This document shows, in pieces, positions 10,800-22,420 of a stretch of DNA of 64,000 nucleotides. Made by a program: the position numbers and the translations under genes. The DNA is from Lama guanicoe (lineage: Eukaryota). The DNA is taken from contig MU055785.1 in the NCBI GenBank assembly GCA_013239625.1, positions 2,232,001 to 2,296,000 on the forward strand, given 5' to 3'. The notes under the pieces are model-generated. The model searched no databases, was not told where the DNA came from, and worked only from the letters and a program-made list of their open reading frames with translations. Position 1 is the stretch's first letter. Each line of letters opens with the position of its first letter.

Positions 10800-12679
10800 A
10801 TTAAGACCCAATCCAGGAGATGCTACTTGTCCCTCTGCACTGAGCAATTATGACCAGCTTTGTTCACATCTCTCATCATAGCCCAGAAACTAATTGATCC
10901 CGAGTCTGGAGGCTCTATCCTGGGGGATGCAGAGACATTATAGGAATAATAAAGGTACGTGGCATGGGGCACTAAGTTTTGAGTTCCCCCAAAGTGGTTT
11001 CTCTTAAGATACATCATTTTGGACATCATTTTGGGCATGAACCCATTTGGCAGGGGGGCGGGGACAGCCTTGTCAATCCAGTTGCAACAGGCTTGGAAAA
11101 GTCTGAGCATCTAATTAGTTTGGTCATTTTGATAAGATGTCCATTCAGGACCAAGTATGGTAAGGTTAGCTGAAAGTAAACTGGAGTTTAAAGGGTATGG
11201 TCCCAGGAGCACAGTGGCCAGGGAAGGGGCCCAGAGAAGGTCAGGAAACCAATAAACTTTTCCAAGAGCAGATGATGCCAGAGAGGAGATTCATAATGAA
11301 CCAACTGCACCAGCCCCACAAGCTGGGCAGCTACTGTCAAGCTCTGTCTTTACTTGTGTTTTTGACTTTAGGTTTTCAGCATCTCAGAAAGCACAGTGCC
11401 TCTTATCTTCCACTTGGTCTCCAGGTCAGGTTTGATGTTGATCTGGAGACAGCACAGGTCCCGTAAAACATTCCTGCAGGAGTCTCATGGCCCCCACAGT
11501 GAAGTCTGCAGGACTCTCTACAGATCAGTGTTCCCCTTTCCGGTAAATTCAGGCCCGGGAGAATTTAAGAAAGGGAGGTTCAGAGAATGGCACAATGCCA
11601 GCCAAGATGGCAGCTTTCTCCAGAAACCAAGAGGCAAGCTGAAGGGATTGGGGTATTCCAAGAGGCCAGCAGAATTGGCATGATGACTCCAGCCTCCGGG
11701 CCAGGTCAGGACAGCTCGACAGCAGTCTACAGCTGCAGTGGGGGGTTCTGTCTCTGCCCCCACCAGTTTCTTGACTCAAGGAGCCTCTGGCTTTAGCAAA
11801 GGATTAGATCCATTCAACTCTAACTTGCTTGTCTAAATAAGACAGTCGTAACCTGCCTTCACGGATCAAGCTTGCTTTAGCTGTTCTTACTGCGCAGCCT
11901 CCAAGCTTCCTACTGCTTGTTCCACGACCCTTTAACTGCCCCCTGTAGTTAACACCTCACATGGACCACTATAGCAACGGTTGCTTACATCGTTTTTCAG
12001 GAAATTGGGGCTCGTTCTTGCCCAGCTCAAGGTGGTCAAGAACACCAGCCATTCAACTAGGCCTGCGTGAGTGTCCAGTGGAGGACCTTTCGACATCAGA
12101 GGGCCAAAGTCTACATCCAGATCATGTTAACGCTACCATTTCTGAGCGCACATCCCATAGAGAAGCACGGGACTCACACCTGAGCAGAGAAGCTGTCCCG
12201 AGGACACACACAGCTGTGTGCAATGGCGGTTTGAGCTTGCCCAAAGTGAACCCTCAGAATAGTAACAGGACAAGTGCTCTTACCTGCAGGCCATTTTCCA
12301 CCTCCCTACATGAAGTAGATACTGGATAAATTCAAAAGGAAAGATCAGACCAACAGCGCCCAGAGGAAGGATGTCAGAACCAACTGCATATCCAAGCTGA
12401 ACTGTGTCAACCTGCAAGTCATGTTGAGCTTGTGCCAGCTAGCCATTGAGCGGCATGCACCCTTCCTCCAGTCTAGAGATGGGTCTCGGTTGCCTTGCAG
12501 CAGCCAGGAGCCAGATCCCCGTAGCCACGGTGACTGGCTCCTGGAATCCAGGCCCAAGGTCATCAGCAGTCAGCTCCCGGCATTTCCCAATTGGGGCAAA
12601 ATTCACACCGTTGCTGGACTTGGGTCCGTGGTCTCTTGCCTCCTGGAGGGCAGAGCTGAGGGAAGGATGGGGGAGCCAC
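10800..12679 (-). mobile_element. ERV1 internal remnant (leader, integrase C-terminus, possible decayed env)
   Basis: Lies downstream of the minus-strand LTR; CAG|GTAAG donor at 12279-12286; NRCYSGPCEVLTT at 11941-11982 (cf. PRWxGPYxVLLTT). The left boundary is uncertain. Confidence 0.45.
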
Positions 12680-13019
12680 CACTTTTTCCAGCTAAAGAGA
12701 AGATGTGGGGGTGGAGGGGGAGTCAGTTATGGGGGGGGTCACCCGGAAAAGCACAGTCAATAGTGTTAATGCAGATTTAAGTTGTTGCCTTCTGCATTGG
12801 TAAGAGTTCCTAGAGACGAGGCCACCCTTTTCCTGATGCAGGAGGGAGACACCCTGCAAAGGGAGCTTCCAAGTATATTTGTAATCTTAGAAGACCCTTT
12901 GTAAAAGATTGTGTAATTTCTGCTTGGTTTTCTGTTTCTTCCATGTCTGCTGTTAAATTACCAGCGTAAAATAATCCTTATACCAAAGAGATTGTGGGGT
13001 CACGAGTTGCACCCCTACG
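12680..13019 (-). mobile_element. MER34-like ERV1 LTR (partial)
   Basis: Reverse complement starts cgtaggggtgca..ctctttggtataaggattatttt and contains gggtgtctccctcc, typical of MER34 as recalled. Confidence 0.7.
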
Positions 13020-13154
13020 AGTCAATATTCATATCATCTGCACGGGTAGGTTTCAAAACTAACTCCTCATCGCAATGCCTTATGGGGCCAGGCTGGGTAC
13101 CTCCCCCAGGGAAGCCCCAGATTTTATAAACGAGTTTGTATAAAAAACATTAAA

Positions 13155-13360
13155 AACTCAGTTTGCTACATGCTGGGCGTGTTCTAAGCACTTTGTTTTA
13201 CTTCAGAGTGTTTTGAGGACTAAGCAAAGTGTGTTCTTCCTCATCTGTATCTAAGGCGGCTGAGGCACAGATGTGTTAAGTAACTTGTCCAAAGTCACAC
13301 AGCAGGATCGTGGTCAGGCAGGAGTCTCACTCCAGCTTCCGGTCCCAGTCTAATTCCCAC
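13155..13360 (-). repeat. MIR SINE
   Basis: Antisense MIR core ctgaggcacagatgtgttaagtaacttgtccaaagtcacacagc. Confidence 0.8.
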
Positions 13361-13464
13361 ACTTGATCCTCCTGCCTGTCACTGATGTTGAAATGTAAGT
13401 TAAAATGTAGACGTGCTCATTGCTTAATCATTGGGAAACCATTTTAATATCTACCTTCCTGTTA

Positions 13465-13484
13465 AGGCATGTTGAAACATGTTT
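13465..13484. promoter_or_regulatory. p53-family response element (19/20, zero spacer)
   Basis: AGGCATGTTG AAACATGTTT versus RRRCWWGYYY x2; both cores are CATG. Confidence 0.45.
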
Positions 13485-14654
13485 CTTAAAGCTTAGGTTC
13501 CAGTTTAGCTATTGGAGGATGACCACTCCAGTTCTTGATAAAGGAGGGTACCTCCTTCCTGGCAGGGGGATTAGTTCCAAATGCAGCTTCTTTGAAAGAG
13601 AAAGCTGAGCTCGTGTTTTAAGCCTAGATGGATCGCTGTGGTAGGCGCGGCAGCCCGTTGGGGAGGGGGAGGTGCTGAGAACAGCTCCCAGAAACCCTCA
13701 ACTCAACCTTGAGGCAAGCCAGCATCTGTCACCTGAGACCTTAGTGACTCGAGAAGCACTTTCTATTACTGGGGTCATAAATAGGACAAGAACAGATACC
13801 AAAATGGGATCTTCCCCAGAACGGATGGGTATTTGTCAAACTTCTAAAGTACATCTTCCTGCCCAGAGAGGGACACAGATCAGGTGGTTTATAGATTCTC
13901 CCAGCTCTAACGTTTCATGATACTGATCTTGGTTGTATCCAAGTTTGGGGGGGGGGCAAGGCCGGGGGAGGGGTGTGCTTTCAAACTCACTGGGCAGCCA
14001 TCCCGCAGTTCTGCCCTGTTTTACGAACCAAGAAAATTCTGGAGAAAACAGCCCCAGGTCTCACTTTACTCCACTCAGAAACCGAGCCTGAAGGCAGAAC
14101 AGCCTTCGCAGGACTTCCTCACTCTCTGGAATCATCATTTGCACCTTGCAACCCCAACAGCGCCTTCCAGTCTGTACGCTGGATGAACTGAGCCCTGCTG
14201 GACCCAAGTTCATTATCGGCGGTATCTACTGTATACAGTTGTTGAGAATGGACCCTGCAGATGTGGGACAGCTGTTTGTACTTAGCAGTTAAGTGTCCCT
14301 GCGATGCTGGCGGCCCCTGACAAAAGGCACTGTTCTTTGCAAGACATCCATCTCTCAAGGACTTCCTAAATCAGGCCCAGATGTCTGCATGCAACTCTAA
14401 TTTCTCCGTGAAGACTTCCTTCTGGAGAACTAGGTTTTTCACTAAGGTACATGCAGTAGAATGTGGAAGCCAGCATGCACAACTCGAAGGGGAAGGATGC
14501 AAGTAGCAGCTGGGGACTAGGAACTAGAGAAACACCCTGATCATGGAAGTCAATCCTCAAACCTATGAAGTTGATGTGTAAAATGGCCATGCTCGCTTGC
14601 CCGAGGGCACACGGCAGGTGACCGTATTGGTTTCAGAATGCCAGAGCCATTGAC

Positions 14655-15110
14655 CGAAGACTTCTGTTCAGCCCCCAGTATCAGTTCCTGTCTTCTTCAT
14701 AATAGAGCTTCCCATTTTTAATCACATAGACATGATTACCCCAAATAGAAAAAGATTGTCTTGCAGCCAGGTGTGGCCATATCACTAACATTCTAGCAAA
14801 CAGGATGTAAGTGGAATCGGTGAGCTCAGGTTGTAGGCCAAGATCTACATGACCATGGAGGCACCTTTCACTTTGCTACTGGCTGGAACTGAGACAATGG
14901 CTGGAATCGAGACAATGGCTGGAGCTCCAGCAGCCACCTTGAAACATGAGGTGACTTTAGGAACATATGCCTTGAACAGTAATAACACCGAAGGAGGTTG
15001 GGTCCCTGCATCATGGAACATCATGCCAACTCTAGATAGAATGCCTCCAGATTCTAGACAGGGAAAAGAATGATTTAAGCCACTGCTCTTTCAGGTTTAG
15101 CCATCATTAC
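14655..15110 (+). mobile_element. MLT1 (J/K/L-like) MaLR LTR
   Basis: ttgcagccaggtgtggccat, atggctggagctccagcagccaccttgaaacatgaggt, tttaagccactg. Confidence 0.7.
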
Positions 15111-16369
15111 TGGCTCACCTGCACTGGCAAAAACAAGAGTACCTGCTCAGTAGATAGCCCTGGTGCCCCTTGCCAGCCACCTTCCACGTGGCTGGGTGGA
15201 AGGGTGCCAAACAAGAGGTGAAGGATTGGGGTCTCAGCAATGGTTCAGAGCACATGGAGAGGATCTGAAAAGAAAAGAGGGTAAGCCATCAAAGTTAGGT
15301 TTATGGCTTAATCTCTCTAGTCAAGTGAAAAGGGCAGACTCCACTCCTGAGTTTTTGTATCTTTAAGAAGCTGGCTGGGGTCTTGGCTGTCCTCAGAGTG
15401 CTCAATGGCTTGTGTTGAGCACTTACGTCTCATCCAGATCAAATGTCCTGCGAGGCACGTGTTCTGACCAGATGACCCTGAGGCTCAGAGAAAGCTGTCA
15501 CCTTGCCTAAGGCCACTCAGCTCCTGGTAGAGCCGGGCTTTTGATCCCATCCCTCGACCCCTGAAAGCTGTGCTTTTAACCACAGGCTGTACCCAAGTGC
15601 AACCCCGGGTTCACCCACCTCAGTACTTGTCTCCAGTGGGTAAGCACAGAAGCATTCCTCCCCTGTGTCTGAGTCCTGCGTGGGGACAAGTCTGGGGGGC
15701 ACTGTTTCTGAAGCTAAGGGAGGCAAGGTTTTGGGCAAGAGGGTGTTGAATTGCATCTTGGAAGGTGCTTTGGCTGTAAGATTTCACTTTGGGGAGCAAC
15801 ACAGGGCAGAGAGCTACTTTTTTACAAGGCACACGGCCAAGGCAGGAGCCAAGCACCTCGAGTTTCTGGCTCCCCGAGTCTCCGTTGTCTGAAAACTAAA
15901 GAGGTCATACAGCCCAGGAGGTCAAGGATGGATCAGATACCACACCAAGTGCTCTAACAGGTCTAAGGCTGGCGTTCCCCTGAAGTCATCATGGGACTGT
16001 TCGCTCTGCCAGCACTTAGACAACTTAGATCTAATTCTAGTGGCTAACACCCAACCTCTCTCTCCCGGGGATTTGTGCACACACCGCCCCCGCCCCAACG
16101 TTGTGTCCGGCCTCTGAGCAACCAGCTTTGATGGAGTCTACCTCTCCATCTCCAGCAGCTCCCGGGAGGAGGAAAGGGCACTGCAAGTCCCAAAGCACAG
16201 GGGCAGAGAAGCAGGTGCACAAGCTATTGGGCAACAGACACCAGGCCTGGCCCACATCCTCCGCGTACATCCTCATCTTTGCAATCACTTCATCTGAGAG
16301 GGACATTTAAAGCAGTTGGCCCTGTTCAGAGCAAGAGTCCAGATTTAAGTTTTAACTTTGAAGGGAACA

Positions 16370-16900
16370 TTGAGAACGCTGTAGAAGACGGGGCGCGGGC
16401 CTGAGAAGATGCTGGAGAAACAGGGCTGTGCTCACTCTGGCGCGGGGGATGGGGTTGACGCGGCCACCGGGAAGAGCGGCAATTTCCAGGGTTCTGCCCT
16501 CTCGGCCCAAGTGCCTTCTTAGATTAGTCCCGGACAGGCCTCGGGGGGAAATTACACGTAAGTGTTCAATTTCTCCTTCCGCAGCAGCTTGGGGCTGGGA
16601 AATTGTTTCTCCCCCGCAGCCTCTCCACACCCACAGCTGCGGCTCCTCTTCCTGTCAATGCGTTGCCAACAGGTTGGAAATGAGTGTGTTTCCTGCGCAC
16701 GGCTGTCTGGGGGCAGGGGGCAGGGTGGTCCACGTGGGCGCCCGCTCTTAACCCGGGAGAGCGCGATCGCCGGGCCGACACATTAGGCATTGCCTGCCAT
16801 CTGTCCATCTAGGGTTTCTGACGATGAAAGGGGAGGAGGGGGGATGGAAAGCCGAGGGGAGTCTGAACTCAGCTGAGCCCCTCTGCTTTATAAGCCACAG
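16370..16900. promoter_or_regulatory. CpG-rich enhancer/promoter-like element
   Basis: Local CpG enrichment; GGAAATT motifs at 16478(-), 16546 and 16597; E-box CCACGTGG at 16730; TATAA at 16889. Confidence 0.45.
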
Positions 16901-19249
16901 GAGGAAGTGCTGGGACCCTGGACGTGTGCCCTGAAGCAGAGGATTGCACCCCTGATTTGTAGCCTTCCCTCCGCCCAGAGGATGTGCGGAGAGCTTGGAT
17001 AATGGCACACCTCCTGGCTATGACTTCCCCCGCCCGTCCAAGTTTGCTCCTTTCCTTACGGCTTCTATGCCTGCGTGGGCTGAGTCTTGCAGGGTGTAAG
17101 GTCAGGGGTGGGATGGGAGACAGTTCAGCACATCCTAAAGTTGACTCTTTTGTCCAATGATACTTCCATCGGCTTAAGCCATTTGAAGTGACCCAGGCAA
17201 TCGCCACCAGCACCAAACAGACAATAGATCTCCTTTCAAAAGCCTCAAAAGCCAAATCCTACACTCTGCACATTTCATCTAACTATTCCTTGCTCCAGGA
17301 AACCTTTGTTGACATTCTGCCATCGAGTTTCAGGGACCAGGAAGCGCCTCCCGGAGTTCCCATAGCATTCTTGACCCCTAAAGCATCTGTCCAACTATAA
17401 TACCCATCTCCCTGTAGACTGAACTTTGTGACGTCAAGGGTGTTGTGGCTCCTTCGTCACTTACGTGAGTACTGGGGTACCAGCAACCAGGTACACGCCC
17501 TCATTTCAGCCCTGCAAATCTAAGGTAGGTCATTTTCCTGTTTACAGATGAAAGAGAGGCCCCAGCTCGAAGCAAACAGATCCTTGAAGACAGAATGGAG
17601 TTAGAAGGGGGTCGTAGATCATGAGAGCCAACCATTAGTGTTTATGGGGAACTTTGCTCCATGAAGAATTGTGCAATTGTGGACCATTTCACAGCCAGGC
17701 GACTGTCCCAAGACATCTTCCCTTCGATGGGAGTGTTCTCATTGGCTGAATTTCTGAAGCATTTCTAACTCCAAGACTTACGTCTATAATGGTTTCTGTA
17801 GGGAAAGCTGACGTCCCTAAAGGAATTACCCTGAAAACATGGGATTTCATGAGGATGTTGACAAGACAACTCAAAGATATGGTCTAATCCATGTTTTCAG
17901 GAACACATTCAAGGTTGACTCAAAGGACACTCATGGATCAGGTTCAGTAACGTTACCCACCCCCTTGTTTATCCAGCAGAGTACTCAGCATTAAATCGTA
18001 GGGCTTAGATAAGACTGGTCTGAAAAATTCAGTCGCGTCAATTGACTTAAGGCAGCTTTAACTTTTTAGCTAGCAAAGGAGCCTTTTTAGAGAGTAAACA
18101 TGCAGCTAGTAAAGAGTTTCCTCCCCTTGCAACGGCAAATCCAAATCCTCAAGGCTCTACTGACATTGCTTATGGAAACTGTGGCCTTGGCATTCTGTTG
18201 AGGGATGATTTACTTTGGGGCTAGGCTGCTGGGCCCTCAAGGCTCGGGTTTCTTTAAATAAGTGACCAGTAAACAGAAGCTGTCATGTCGACCTGTCTCA
18301 TTCTGTTTTGTTTCTCCAAACGGAGTCTCCACCCTTTTGAGGGTTACACCATGTCCCAGGATGACAACTTCACGAGCTGCCTCTTCCTCCGCCCACCTTC
18401 GCAGCAAATCCAAGGCATCGGAAAGAGATGGGCAGAAGAGAGGACAAAATCTGGAACTTATTCTCCCCATTCCTTTTTCCAGGCCTCGGGAAGGGAGAAT
18501 TGGCTTCTCCTAAAACTAAATCCCCAGCTGCTGGGCCTCCCCTACGGTTACACAGCTGTCACTGGTGTCGACACCCAGAGGTGGCAGCGGCTCCCATCAC
18601 TAGGCTGCGAGCGTTCTGCTTTCTCTTGTTAGCTTCCTTAACTCTGCTCACGCCTCCCTACAAGATCTATTAAGTTGTTTTCAATGAAACCCTCTAGGTG
18701 TACCAGCTGCTTCTTGCCCAGATCCCAAGTGACACACCCCCTCAGGATGAGCTCCATCATGTGCCCAACCTGGTGCAAAGCGAAATCGTGGGCTCCTTGC
18801 TCCAAAATTAATCTCAAATCTGCCAACATCAAAGTATTAAGGACAGGGCTCTAAAGCACTCAACGCTTTGGGACCCAAGGTTGGGTACGCTCAAAGCTGG
18901 TCCTGCATCTGCACAAACGGGAGGGTTTTCCCTCCCAGGTCAAGGCTACACAGGGCCGCATGAGAGGGATGCTTAAGGGCCCCCTGTGGCTTGTTGGCAG
19001 AATTATCCACCTGTCATGCAGTTGGTCTCCCCTGTTAGGCAAGGAGGAACCAACGCTTGCCCAGGACTGACGGCAAGCATGGGCAAGGCCGGTGGTCGGC
19101 TCTCTTCATTCACGAGGGGCTGGAACTACAGATGCCGGTGTGCTCCTGCCACAGAAGGCAGATTTCCCAGAGTCCCTGGTGCTGAAGGCTTCGGTAGTAA
19201 CAGCTGACAAGAATCCAAGACCCGAGTTCTTGCTCAGTATTCGTACCGT

Positions 19250-19400
19250 TCTCTGCTGAGCATTTAAATGTGTTCCAAGTTCGTTGGACCCCAAATGGGC
19301 AGCCCTATTTCACAGATGGGAAGACTGAGGCACACAGACAGGAAGTGACATGTTTGAGTTCACATGGGCCGTATTTAAGGGAACCGAGACCTCGGGACAG
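19250..19400 (-). repeat. MIR SINE
   Basis: tttcacagatgggaagactgaggcacacagacaggaagtgac. Confidence 0.7.
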
Positions 19401-21099
19401 TTCCCCAAATAAGTGTTTGACAGCAATTAAGTGCCAGTTACTGAGCTCAGCACTTCATTCATTGCTAATCATCACATCTCAGAGGATAGTATGTGGCAGC
19501 TTTGAAATCAGGACTTTCCAATCTGCATCCACTAGAAACTTAGCAGCCATGGCCATCAGCCAACTGAAGTGAGAGAGTCATTACTGTCTTTGAACCGAGG
19601 CCACCCTCCCTGTGAGCTGCTCCTGGCCAGTGACTGCCCTGCACGGACACTTAGGTGAGCCTTTTCTTGAGAGTCACGGGAGACTATGGCTCAAGGACTC
19701 CCTGTGTCCTTTTAGAAGAGGCATAAGAGGCTCAGAGAGGTTAGGCATTTGCCCAAGGTAACACAGCACTTAAATAGTCGAACCTAGAATTTCTGACTCT
19801 AGAGCGTGTGGTTTCATTGCTCTAAGTCACAGCAATTCTGGTTTTGCCATAGCCAGCCAGGCAAAATTCTTTGCTACAACTAAGATTTCTCAACCTCTCG
19901 GGCATTGGGGAAGCTAGCAACTCCTAGAACTTAGGGCTGTTGGTTTACCAAGAGTGATAGCCCAGAAGAATTTCCTACAAGGATCACCCTTCACTTCTGG
20001 ATTCTCAGGTGTGTTCTGATGAGCACATCCCTCACTGGGCAGGCCTGTTGAAGAGTCTGTTAGCATTTATTCATCCTACTGTAAAACTGAAGTTAGTGCA
20101 GAAAGAAAACACAGTCCAGCCTTCTGCCTCCATATAGATTTTTCACCGCCACAGACGAAACTGGATTTTTAAGCTTGCTTGTGGCCCTGAAACTTGGACT
20201 TTCCATACTAGATCTTTCTAGTGCAAACCCCTTAAGTCTAATGTTTTCCCCTCTTGTATTCTAGAAATAGGTAGCCAAAAGAAAGACATTGCCTCTCATT
20301 GCATACTATGAAATCATAGCATAGCCTGGAGGAGTATGACATCCCCAACCCCCTGTTCAAAGTCCAAACAAGGTTCTACTCAGAAGAAAGCAAAGTACGT
20401 CTCTGGGCACCCATGTAGGGTGATGACCAGAATAACAAGGTGAATAAACTAAGGTGCAGCCGGAATTCATAGCTTGCTGCTTTTTATACACACACGAAGG
20501 GATCTTTCTGTACATGGAAGATTCCAAGATGTTTCTATCTCAGCAGCTTCCAGGCTAGGAGAAGAATTTCATCTTGCAACACCACTTTTGGAATTTTACC
20601 ATGCCTGTGTGTTACTTTGACAGAGTCTAAGGAATTATGCATAATCCTTTGATAAATAACTGGGAGGTTTTTGTGCAATTCAACCTCCAAGTATTTCCTC
20701 GTATGTAATTGCTGACTGTCTAGTACTGGCCAGAGTTGACCCAAAAAACCATCACCTGCCTGACCCTGAAAGAGCCCTTCATTCTCGTGCTTTTTGGATG
20801 CACGTGTTTACCTGGGCCTGAGGGGGCTTTCCGACTGGCTGTTGCTCTGGGTCTAAACATCCTGCGTTCATTTGCCATCTCACAGTTGCAGCCGTTTCCA
20901 AGGGATTAAGACTCTCACCTTTGGACCTTCTCACACCATGCTAGGTGTGTTCTAATCATCACGGCAGGCCCCGGCTGTCACGCTTCATTACTTAAATATA
21001 TTATCATGGCCTGGCCTTGGCCAGTATGGTGGGATTAAAGCAATAAAACTATATGGACAAGTGGCCAGCGTTAGAGCCTGTTCTTACCCAGAACGGCTG

Positions 21100-21330
21100 T
21101 GGGTAATGGCACACAGCTGCCGGGCCAGGCGCCGGCCTCCCACCCCCACTTCCTCTCCGCACAGCCCCTGCCCCACTTGCGAGGCAGCTGCTTCTGCCCT
21201 CTATCAGCAGGGCCTTGGATTGGTCCAGCTCTGAGCGCACTTGGCAACGAAGATCCTCAAGATGGAGACTGTTGCCTAGCAACACACCGCTTGGGCTTCT
21301 CTGACTCCCGAAGGTCCTGGGCGGGGCTGC
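21100..21330. promoter_or_regulatory. Promoter-like cluster: RFX X-box, CCAAT, GC box
   Basis: GTTGCCTAGCAAC 21271-21283, ATTGG 21219, GGGCGGGG 21319. Confidence 0.4.
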
Positions 21331-22229
21331 TCATCTACCTGTATTCCTATTGCTACCACTTTTACACACATCCATGGCTATAGAATTTAACAGATTAGAC
21401 CTCTGTGGCATGGGGAGGTCAGCTATTAGCCTGGTACATGTGCGAAGTGTTACTGCGGAGTGTAGACTACATTTCCCCGTTTTGATCATCGTATTGTGGC
21501 AAGAGAGACTGCACTTCAGAACTGCACACAGCGTTTTTTAGAGAAAAAGGGCACAAGAGCTCCAATTTTACCTAATGGCTCAGAAAAAACTTCAGAGGAG
21601 AGGGAGTAAATGGGGCAAAACAAACAGCTCCAATCAGGGTAAACAGAACTGTTGTATTTTCATAGCTTTTAAGATGACATGTGTCAAAGTTGTAAAAATA
21701 GTAGTACATTAATTATGTAGAACCCCCCCTTTTTTTTTGCTTTATACTAATAGAAATGCTAAGTAGAAAGCCATTGTGCACTTTCAGACTTGAGCAGTGG
21801 TCATCTCAAGGATGCGGATTCCCTGAGAACTATAGTCCATGCTGTGAATTGCTGAACTGTTTGGAATATGTGAATTGTTAGATAGGAAGGTTTTTAAATT
21901 TTTATGTATTTATTTATTTTTTTATTAAAAGCAGCACATTTAAACCCGATCCTTTAAGATATCAGCCATGAACTCAGGCTCAGGCTCACCACCTTGTCAT
22001 CACAGGCTTGTGGCTCAAGAAACTCAGGACTGCCTGGAGGGCAAGGTTTCCATCCATTTCCCTAGGTTTTGGACTGGGTCACCTGCTCACTCTAGACCAT
22101 GAGCTACATACGTGCACTGCCCTCCTCAGTCCCCAAGAGAATGTTCTTCCCAGAAGTTCTTGGTCTTGACATCTATTGAGAGAACCGCTTATGTCACAGA
22201 AACACAATGCAGAACAAGGGAGGAAGCAG

Positions 22230-22420
22230 TAGATAAAACACGGGCTTGGAATCCAGCAGACCTGGAGCTGGGTGTTCTTCCGTTTCCTCTCTGAGCTCAC
22301 AGAGCACTTAAGCTGGTTTTCTCCACTGTAAAATGGAGATATTAAAACCCACCTCATGTCTTGTGGATTCATGAGCCAAGGCAGCAGCTCAATGCATAAC
22401 ATGTTAGAAGAGCAGTTATT
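22230..22420 (+). repeat. MIR SINE
   Basis: ttttctccactgtaaaatggagatattaaaacccacctcatg. Confidence 0.65.

Noticed and set aside
19169-19186. REST/RE1-like site on the minus strand (TTCAGCACCAGGGACTCT)
   Set aside because: The right half lacks the critical GGACAG.
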